From an uncultured Fibrobacter sp. (GTDB lineage: Bacteria; Fibrobacterota; Chitinivibrionia; Chitinivibrionales; Chitinispirillaceae): DNA of 30,733 nt. How positions within the stretch are numbered: position 1 is the first letter of the stretch; the number at the start of each line of letters is the position of its first letter. The position numbers were made by a program, and so were the translations under genes. This document shows positions 23,857-30,733 of this stretch, piece after piece. The notes below the pieces were generated by a model, which ran no database searches, was not told the DNA's origin, and saw only the letters and a list, made by a program, of their open reading frames with translations. Location of the stretch: positions 1 through 30,733 of the forward strand of contig CAYLVN010000001.1 of assembly GCA_964387115.1 (NCBI GenBank), given 5' to 3'.

Positions 23857-25368
23857 ATGCCTTTTAAAATCTACCCGGCAGTGGTTTACCTGCTTATTGC
23901 ACTGTTCCCGCTTATTCCGGGAAATCATTGTTCTTTTGGTCAGCAGGGGGCAGCACAAAGTCTGGGGGCTAAGAGCAAGCCTCAGATCTCCGATCCCGGG
24001 CCGCTGAAAAATATCTATAATGAAATTGCTGAAAGGACAATTCCAACTGTGGTTTCTGTAATCCCTACCACTGTCGATACGGTAGAGTATTTCCGCAACC
24101 CCTTTTTTTTCAAGGACACCTCCTCATTTAACTCTTTTGACTATTTCTTTGGAAGAAACCCCAGGGTTGAAAGGCGTGAACATCGTCAGCAGGGGCTTGG
24201 TTCCGGTGTGATCATATCTCCTGAGGGTTACATTTTGACAAATTACCATGTTGTGCAGGGCGCTGAGGAGATCCGGGTGCTCTTGTCCGATGGCCGCAAT
24301 TTCAGTGCAAGGGTGATTGGGGCCGATTCTCTGGCTGATGTTGCTGTGATAAAGTTGAATGAACAAGCAAGTAATCTTCCGGTGGCCTACATAGGAAACA
24401 GCGATTCTCTGCGTCCGGGGGACATTGTGGTTGCAGTTGGAAATCCCTTCAGCTTCACTTCCTCGGTTACAATGGGAATTGTTTCTGCTCTCAACCGTAA
24501 AATCGAGGGCTCGGAGATGTATCAGGATTTTATCCAGACCGATGCTGCAATAAACCCCGGTAATTCCGGTGGGGCTCTGGTAAATATCAGGGGTGAGCTG
24601 GTTGGGATCAATACCATGATTATTACTCCTTCGGGGGCTTTTGCAGGGGTGGGTTTTGCCATTCCGATAAATACTGCCGCAAAAGATGCCCAGAGTTTAA
24701 TAAGATCCGGAACTGTCACCAGAGGCTATATCGGGGTCAATATCCAGGATCTCAATGAGTCTGCTGCTGAAGCGCTGAGGATGAAAAGCACAAGAGGGGC
24801 ACTGGTTTCGGATGTAGTGAGTGGAGAGCCGGCCGACAAGGCGGGTTTGAGGCGGGGTGATGTAGTGATCTCAATTAACGGAAAAGAGGTGGAAAGCGGC
24901 AATGCTCTCAGGAATATTGTGGCCTCTTACAAACCGGGTCAAACCGTTCCACTGACTGTTGTCCGTGAAGGAAAACAGATTAAACTTAACATAAAAATCG
25001 CTGAAAGAAAGTCCACCGGGGTGGTTAAACCCCCCAAACCACATCCGGAACAGGAGAAAAAAGAAGCATTTCTTGGCCTGGAGCTTGCCGATCTCACCTC
25101 TGAGCTAAGGGTTCAGCTCAACATCCCTGAGAGTGTAAATGGAATCGTGGTTACTGGTATCCGCCAGTCAATCACAGATGAACGGACAATGATGAGCAGG
25201 GGAGATTTGATTCAGTTGATAAAAGTGAAAAATGGCACCTTCCAGACCATAAATTCTGTTGAGCAGTTCAGACGTACTGTAGAGAAGATTAAACCCGATG
25301 ATGCAGTGATGCTTCTGGTGATGCGTCGAGCAGAAACATTTTTTGTCTCTTTTAAGGCTGGATCATGA
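23857..25368 (+). CDS. degP: DegP/HtrA (Do family) periplasmic serine protease with two PDZ domains
   Basis: GLGSGVII; catalytic triad LTNYHVV, DVAVIK and IQTDAAINPGNSGG; two PDZ domains; AAGGAG RBS. Confidence 0.95.
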   Translation: MPFKIYPAVVYLLIALFPLIPGNHCSFGQQGAAQSLGAKSKPQISDPGPLKNIYNEIAERTIPTVVSVIPTTVDTVEYFRNPFFFKDTSSFNSFDYFFGRNPRVERREHRQQGLGSGVIISPEGYILTNYHVVQGAEEIRVLLSDGRNFSARVIGADSLADVAVIKLNEQASNLPVAYIGNSDSLRPGDIVVAVGNPFSFTSSVTMGIVSALNRKIEGSEMYQDFIQTDAAINPGNSGGALVNIRGELVGINTMIITPSGAFAGVGFAIPINTAAKDAQSLIRSGTVTRGYIGVNIQDLNESAAEALRMKSTRGALVSDVVSGEPADKAGLRRGDVVISINGKEVESGNALRNIVASYKPGQTVPLTVVREGKQIKLNIKIAERKSTGVVKPPKPHPEQEKKEAFLGLELADLTSELRVQLNIPESVNGIVVTGIRQSITDERTMMSRGDLIQLIKVKNGTFQTINSVEQFRRTVEKIKPDDAVMLLVMRRAETFFVSFKAGS

Positions 25369-25475
25369 TCTTTTAACCTGAAAGTCACAAGTTGGGGAGA
25401 GCATAAAACCGTAAGATGTTGAGATGATTGAGGCTTGAAGGCATTGCAGTTTTTATAGTTTATTTTTTTTCATAT

Positions 25476-25535
25476 AATAAGGATAAGACATTAGATAAAT
25501 TTCCAATGTCTTACCCTTATTGTTATTTTTCTTTT
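25476..25535 (+). terminator. long AT-rich hairpin between convergent degP and the queD-like gene, probable terminator
   Basis: aataaggataagacatt / aatgtcttacccttatt pair at 16 of 17 positions with a 12-nt loop, followed by a T-rich tract on the plus strand. Confidence 0.55.
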
Positions 25536-25548
25536 ATCACTTTCCTTA

Positions 25549-25980
25549 CTATAATTCTCTTGAAGCACAATTTAATGAAGAAGAACGAAATTCTATCTTC
25601 TTAATATTCACCTTGTCTTTCAATAATTCATAGAATACTGTACAAAACCATTCGCAAGTAGATGGTCCCTTGCCCACAGATCTCCTGCCTTCAGGAAAAG
25701 ATTTAACCAATTCATGGTTGATAGCTTTTGCAGGTGTTTCAAATTTATTTGTTGTTCCTTTCATTCCTGCCTTCTCATAACCTTGCAGAACTAAATCAAG
25801 CAAAGGGTCACATTCCTGAAAAATTGTTCCATGATGAAAATTATCTGCAACTACCCAGGCTGATTTTTGTGCTTCTTTTACCGGATAAGCATAATTGTGT
25901 TCGTTCAGATCTCCTTCAATTTCTATAGTTAAATAACCCGAGTGCCCATGAAGATAACTTGCTTCTCCTGGATAATTCAT
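25549..25980 (-). pseudogene. queD: 6-carboxytetrahydropterin synthase (QueD/PTPS)-like gene lacking its N-terminus
   Basis: YLHGHSG.LTIEIEG, AW...NFHH...DPLL and YELLKDKVNIKKI match QueD-like proteins. The first strand and the AHR His are missing, and an in-frame TAA lies two codons upstream of the ATG. Confidence 0.55.
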
Positions 25981-26037
25981 GACTTAACTCGTTAAATGGG
26001 ATCTGTGGGTGAGTCCCACTCTTTTTCCCCCTCCGCA

Positions 26038-26975
26038 TCCGGGGACAAACTTCTTTTTTAATTTTTACTAAGCATATTTCTACAATATGCAGTTCAAATT
26101 AAATCTATGGCTACCTTTTTCTGGAATCTCTCTATTGACCCTTTTATAGATTTCGATAGAGTCGGTTTTTAAGAGATATTCTATTAGCTTTGTATGTTTA
26201 ACACTCAAGTCACAAATTCATCTTGAGGGTGAATCATCTCTGGGATGAAGGAGTAGCTTAACTTACCAACTCAAGGATAAATCTCTCTCTCCCATTTGCA
26301 CCTGCACGACCATTTCCGGAGCCGTCTCTTACACCCCATAGATGAATTAGTGACTAAAAATCCAAAGTCTTTATTTCATCTCGAGGGTATAATCTCCGGG
26401 AACGAACAGCTTTTAATTTTTGCTCAACAATTTTCTACAATATGCAGTTCATTTTAAATTAATCGCTCCATTTTTCTGAAATCACCAATTTGAGTTATTA
26501 TGAATTTGATAGAGTCTGCTTTTAAGAAGGTATCCAATTGGTTTGGCCGATTTAACCCCTAAGTCACAATTTCATCTCAGGGGTGAAGTTCGGGGACGCA
26601 CTACTCTTTTAATTCCTGCACAGCAAATTTCTACAATTTGCATTTCTATCTAAATTAATCACTCCCTTTTTCTGCAATCATTCTTTTATGTCTTTTTGAA
26701 ATTTGATAGAGTCTGCTTTTAGAAGGTGTTCAATTGGCTTGGTCAATTTAACATTTAAGCTTAAGTCACAAATTCATCTCTGGGGTGAAATCTCCGAGGA
26801 CGAACTACCTTTTAAATTCCTGGTCAGAATTTTTCTTCAATTTGCAGTTCGATCAAATTTAATGGCTTCTTTTTTCTTCTGGAATCTCTAAAATTTGATA
26901 GAGTCTACTTTTAGAAGGTATTCAATTGGCTTGATCAATTTAACCCCTGACTCACAACTTCATCTCCGGGGTATA
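26038..26975. repeat. tandem array of degenerate ~185-200-bp repeats (4 clear units + 1 diverged unit)
   Basis: Units at about 26038-26233, 26237-26391 (diverged), 26393-26587, 26589-26789 and 26791-26975. Shared blocks include ccggggac.aac, near-identical tttctacaat[at]tgcagttc, ttttctg.aatc and gatagagtc, and tcacaa.ttcatct. Confidence 0.85.
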
Positions 26976-27087
26976 CTCTCAAGGCGTTTTTTCCAGGGGC
27001 AAATTACCCCTGGCTACAGAATTACGCCCCTTCTGGCACAGAAGCTACTACTACACTGCTCTTTTCCCTGCTTGCGACTTGCGGCAT

Positions 27088-28041
27088 TCAACCCGCAACT
27101 CTCAACCCCGCCGCTTCATCAAGCCCCAGTGCAATATTCATATTCTGCACTGCTGCTCCGGATGCTCCCTTACCGAGGTTATCAAACCTGGCCATGACCA
27201 CAATCTGCCCGCCTTTACCAAAGACAAACAGATCCAGCATATTTGTATCATTGCATTTTGTTGGAGAGAGAAATCCCTTGTCAAGGCTCTGTTCAGGATC
27301 AGGAGACATCACTCTTATGAAGGGCTCTCCCTCATAATAGGCAGATACTATACTGTAAACATCCTCAACAGATACACTCTTTTTAAATAGACTGGTATAA
27401 AGCGGAACACTTACCACCATGCCATTGTAAAAATTGCCCACTACCGGAAGAAACAGAGGCGGAGTGGCAAGTGAGGTGTACTTCTGCATCTCAGGAATAT
27501 GCTTATGGCCAAATGTCAATGCATAGTGCCGCGGCCCGCTCAGATCTTCTTTCTGTTCAGGATCCTGGTACTGGGCTATCATCTTCTTTCCACCACCGCT
27601 GTACCCGGTTAACGAATAGCAGATCACCGGATAATCCTCGCCAACAATTCCGCTTTCCCTCAATGGAACAAGTGAAAGTATAAAACCTGTCGCGTGACAT
27701 CCGGGATTAGAGATCCGCATTGCACCCCGCAGAATCTCCCTCTGCCCTTTTTTGAGCTCCGGCATACCATAGGCCCAGTCAGGAGCGGTCCTGAATGCTG
27801 TGCTTGCATCAACGACCTTTGTTTTGGGATTCTTAATCAACGATGCAGACTCTCTTGCTGCCTGATCCGGAAGACAGAAAATCACAGCATCAGCGGCATT
27901 CAAATACTCCGATTTCACACTCACATCTTTTCTCTTATCCGATGGGATTTCCAGCAACTCAATGTCTTTTCTCGGTTTAAGTCTCTCCAGAATCTTAAGC
28001 CCGGTAGTACCTTCCTGACCATCAATGAAAACAATAGACAT
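27088..28041 (-). CDS. argC: N-acetyl-gamma-glutamyl-phosphate reductase (type 2)
   Basis: VFIDGQEGTTGL; FCLPD; DASTAFRT; ISNPGCHATG (catalytic Cys); SGYSGGGK-like LTGYSGGGK; FDNLGKGASGAAVQNMN. Confidence 0.95.
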   Translation of the reverse strand: MSIVFIDGQEGTTGLKILERLKPRKDIELLEIPSDKRKDVSVKSEYLNAADAVIFCLPDQAARESASLIKNPKTKVVDASTAFRTAPDWAYGMPELKKGQREILRGAMRISNPGCHATGFILSLVPLRESGIVGEDYPVICYSLTGYSGGGKKMIAQYQDPEQKEDLSGPRHYALTFGHKHIPEMQKYTSLATPPLFLPVVGNFYNGMVVSVPLYTSLFKKSVSVEDVYSIVSAYYEGEPFIRVMSPDPEQSLDKGFLSPTKCNDTNMLDLFVFGKGGQIVVMARFDNLGKGASGAAVQNMNIALGLDEAAGLRVAG

Positions 28042-28150
28042 AAAACGCCAACTCCGTGTAAAATGTTTAGCATAAAATCATTTTTTACATACCTGTGAGC
28101 AACAGATATGGCAATTTTAAACAAACCTGAGATGGAAATACACAAAATGC

Positions 28151-28179
28151 TTGAACATTTTTACAGTTCGTGTTATATT
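28151..28179 (+). promoter_or_regulatory. putative sigma70 promoter, divergent from argC
   Basis: TTGAAC-N17-TATATT with a TGn extended -10. Confidence 0.5.
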
Positions 28180-28185
28180 ATAAGT

Positions 28186-28273
28186 ACCTCTTATTTTCCT
28201 ATCTGCAAGGCCCTCTTGCAGTTATTTTGGGTGAAGCGGAAGCGCCGGGTTTTATACCCGGCGGTTCTTTTTT
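28186..28273 (+). ncRNA. candidate ~88-nt small RNA (family not recognised)
   Basis: Lies between a predicted promoter and an intrinsic terminator. Internal hairpin ctgcaag/cttgcag; no ATG ORF inside; no plus-strand gene downstream. Confidence 0.4.
28243..28273 (+). terminator. intrinsic terminator
   Basis: cgccgggt-tttat-acccggcg (8-bp GC-rich stem) followed by gttctttttt. Confidence 0.75.
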
Positions 28274-28660
28274 ATACCCCTCTGAATATCTAACTTTTTA
28301 AACCAGAAATCTTAAATTGAGAGCCCTCTTCCCGAAACTGCATACTATTTGTTTATGCCCTCCTTACGGCCAGGCCTCGGAACAGGAACCGAATATTACA
28401 CATAATGGGGCATCGGGGCAATAATCCGAGCCTCGACTATCAAGGAAGGGTCATAGAAACATGCTTAATGAGTGTTCACCACAGAGGCCCAGAGATCACA
28501 GAGAGGAAAATTAGAGTTCGGAAAAACTGATGAAAAGGGCATCTTCTCTTAACTTGTGGCTTGCGACTTTTCCACTTTAATCTACCACCAGTTCGTCAGT
28601 GCAACCACAAAGGCGTTTTAAAAAAGTGATATCTATACCTGCCTGCACAACTGGGGGTTT

Positions 28661-28714
28661 TAGGGGCCCGGATACGGCATACGTGTTAACGTATGCCCGG
28701 ACACGGCCCCTACC
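28661..28714. repeat. REP-like palindrome (GTAG type)
   Basis: taggggcc...ggcatacg-tgttaa-cgtatgcc...ggccccta: two 8-bp stems with a 7x7 internal loop. The minus strand begins GTAGGGGC. Confidence 0.45.
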
Positions 28715-28878
28715 AGATCCTTATGCTTTTATCCCAAATTGTCCATCAGGCAGTATTTGGTTTTGTAAACCTCAGAGAAAGACAACTCGAATCCAACCAG
28801 TTTCTTTTCTTTTAACCTGAAAATCACAGCTGGATGATGCAAAAAATCGCAATCTGTTGAGCGCTAAGGCTTTCAGGT

Positions 28879-30036
28879 TTACTCCTCTTTTTCGGTTTTA
28901 TTTAAAACCCCCTCATCCAGATCAAGTTTCAGTGCTAAAAACCGCATCAGATCCCTCATGGCAACCATCCCGATCAGCTTTCCCCCGTGGTCAACCACCA
29001 TCAGCCTCGAACTCCCCGTTTTGTTCATCACCGTAAGAGCCTTGATAGCATCCTCATCCATCGAAATAGTATTATCTGTCGAGCAGGGTTTTGCCAGCTC
29101 TTTTACAGTATGATGATCCCACTCCTCTCTGGGAACACTCTTTACATCATTTATACTGACACACGACAGAGGACGGGAATCATTTATAACCGGGAACATC
29201 TTGTAATGATACTTGTAAATGAAATCCTCCATCAGATGATCCACGGTTGTGTCGCCAGAGACAGTAACCGGATCGGTTTTCATGAACCTTTTCACCGATT
29301 CCCCCTCCAGTGCGCTTCTGACAAGCACATTCTGGTAAGACATCTTTGAAGCGCTGCGCAGGAAAAGACCAATCAGTGCCCACCAGATCCCCCCGACCAG
29401 CCCCCCTCCAAGAACAGAAAACACTCCCAGGAATATGAGGAAAAGTCCAAATCCAGAACCCACCTGTGATGCAACCCTGGTGGCCCAGCGCACATCCCCC
29501 TTCCACCTCCACAGCAACGATCGAAACACCCGTCCCCCATCGAGCGGAAACGCCGGAAGCAGGTTAAATGCAGCAAGGATCAGGTTAATAGTGCCCAGAT
29601 AGTTCAGGATAAGCTCAGAAGGCCTTGGCCAGATACCCCGGATAAGAGAAAGTAATCCCAGACACAGTGCCCCTATACCTATACTGGCCAAAGGACCGGC
29701 TATGGCCATAAGAAACTCTGCCTTTGGACTCGACGGCTCATCATCCATCTCCGCCACTCCGCCGAATATAAACAGGGTTATCCCCCTCATGGGGAGTCCG
29801 AATCGTCGGGCGACAAGAGAATGACTGAGCTCATGGAATATTATAGAGGCAAAAAGCCCTATCGCACCCCCCACTCCGAGAAGCCAGTAGGTCAATGGCG
29901 AAAGAGTTTTATCGTAGAGAGGAAATACACCCTGAGCAAGCGACCAGACTATAAGAACCGCAATAATTATCCAGCTAATATCTATGCGGACCTCAAAACC
30001 CAGCAGTTTAAAAAGAGTTATTCTGGATCCAAACAT
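28879..30036 (-). CDS. site-2 protease (M50 zinc metalloprotease) with a C-terminal CBS pair
   Basis: HELSH (HExxH), TLFIFGGVA, AIAGP and FNLLPAFPLDGG; multiple TM segments; two CBS domains; AGGAGGT RBS. Confidence 0.93.
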   Translation of the reverse strand: MFGSRITLFKLLGFEVRIDISWIIIAVLIVWSLAQGVFPLYDKTLSPLTYWLLGVGGAIGLFASIIFHELSHSLVARRFGLPMRGITLFIFGGVAEMDDEPSSPKAEFLMAIAGPLASIGIGALCLGLLSLIRGIWPRPSELILNYLGTINLILAAFNLLPAFPLDGGRVFRSLLWRWKGDVRWATRVASQVGSGFGLFLIFLGVFSVLGGGLVGGIWWALIGLFLRSASKMSYQNVLVRSALEGESVKRFMKTDPVTVSGDTTVDHLMEDFIYKYHYKMFPVINDSRPLSCVSINDVKSVPREEWDHHTVKELAKPCSTDNTISMDEDAIKALTVMNKTGSSRLMVVDHGGKLIGMVAMRDLMRFLALKLDLDEGVLNKTEKEE

Positions 30037-30201
30037 GTGACCTCCTTGTGCAATACAGAACAGTCCGCCCTGTTCTCTAACTTACTAGTTGATTAACAGG
30101 CAAAGGATATACCACTGGAGGTTAAGCGCTTCGTAGGGTTTTTATTGATAGTAAATGGTTTAAAAGAATACTCATCAGAAATAAAGACCGGAATTTAAAC
30201 G

Positions 30202-30675
30202 GTAGAGTAGACGCGGGTTTTGACGCCGCGCCCCTCGTCGAACCGTACATACAGATTTCCCGTATACGGCTCTCCCATAGACTTCACATACGGTACACGC
30301 AACAAGCTCACGAGATCTATCATAGCGGCACTAAACCCAGATTCCTTAAGTGCTTATAATAGCTCACTCCTTGGGGAGGCCTCATAGGCCGCTGGCTTCG
30401 ACGACACATATGGACGATCAGCCGACACTGTATGTACATGTTCATCTTGCGAAACGCTTTCCGGGGGTATCCGTACCGAAAGTAGTTCGCCCACCCATGT
30501 GATTGCCGGTTTATTTCCTGTATCATATCTGTTACAGGTTTATAGCACATCTTATGGGAGGTCAGGTCCAGTATGGAGTTCCTTTCCCTTTGCTGCGACT
30601 TCGCTGATGGTTCGATATTCAGGTACCGATGCCCCCTGCCTTGCAGATCCTTGTCATACCGGTAGGTGAACCAAT
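30202..30675 (-). mobile_element. group II intron, 5'-truncated remnant (end of IEP plus domains V-VI)
   Basis: Domain V GAGCCGTATACGGGAAATCTGTATGTACGGTTC at 30272-30240. Domain VI ends CTACTCTAC at 30202. The maturase ORF ends 47 nt before domain V. Confidence 0.88.
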
Positions 30676-30676
30676 G
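30320..30676 (-). pseudogene. group II intron reverse transcriptase/maturase, C-terminal fragment
   Basis: Reads FTYRYDKDLQGRGHRYLNIEPS...INRQSHGWANYFRYGYPRKAF...RRSQRP (end of RT plus maturase domain X). An in-frame TAA at 30679-30677 and loss of similarity lie upstream. Confidence 0.8.
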
Positions 30677-30733
30677 TTAGAGAGTATTAAGAAAAGTGGA
30701 TTAGATGGTGTATGTGCTTGTGTAGTACGTTAC

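Noticed and set aside
2010-25928. Numerous 60-130-aa ORFs antisense to or nested in the long genes
   Set aside because: They are shadow frames with no motifs or RBS, fully overlapping well-supported CDSs.
26196-26590. Integron attC sites (RYYYAAC at the hairpin start; GTTAAGT just before the queD-like ATG)
   Set aside because: The dyads are ~40 bp, shorter than attC sites. The right end reads GTGAA, not GTT. There are no cassette ORFs between units and no integrase.
26038-26975. CRISPR array (the 36-nt hairpin superficially resembles AACCCC...GGGGT type VI repeats)
   Set aside because: The intervening ~160-nt segments are homologous to each other rather than unique spacers, the repeats are too degenerate, and there are no cas genes.
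26993-27013. ccagggg/cccctgg hairpin as the argC terminator
   Set aside because: No U-tract follows it on either strand; the T-run precedes it on plus and reads as an A-run after it on minus.
26703-27197. ORFs 26703..26891 and 26895..27197 as real genes
   Set aside because: They are frames through repeat units. Equivalent frames in other units are broken, they have no RBS, and the second overlaps argC on the opposite strand.
28351-28380. SRP (4.5S) RNA on the minus strand (CC-GTAA-GG tetraloop)
   Set aside because: It lacks the CAGG/AGCA symmetric-loop motif required in SRP helix 8.
28108-28820. ORFs 28108..28293 and 28599..28820
   Set aside because: They run through a promoter/terminator and a palindrome respectively, with no recognisable motifs or RBS.

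Overview
Bacterial chromosomal window. The gene set suggests a diderm anaerobe, possibly Fibrobacterota/Chitinispirillales-like; that is inference only. It is dominated by one tightly coupled minus-strand run of 18 genes (23519->1022, ~22.5 kb). The first half resembles a Myxococcus Agl-Glt/Nfs-type proton-motive-force envelope machine: a small MerR-type HTH, two paralogous putative outer-membrane beta-barrels, two ~1000-aa TPR proteins, a GltF-like small protein, MotA/TolQ/ExbB, two ExbD/TolR genes with a STAS gene between them, and an AgmX/PglI-type TonB-C protein. It runs directly into a polysaccharide export and synthesis block: Wza-like OPX, Wzc-like co-polymerase/BY-kinase and five glycosyltransferases, two fused to modifying domains. 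Flanking genes are ddh (5'-partial), a divergent degP/htrA, an N-terminally truncated QueD-like gene, argC and an M50-CBS protease. Other elements are an unexplained ~940-bp array of ~195-bp degenerate repeats with a covarying hairpin, a candidate ~88-nt sRNA, a REP-like palindrome and the 3' remnant of a group II intron. All family assignments come from motif recognition by eye; no searches were run.
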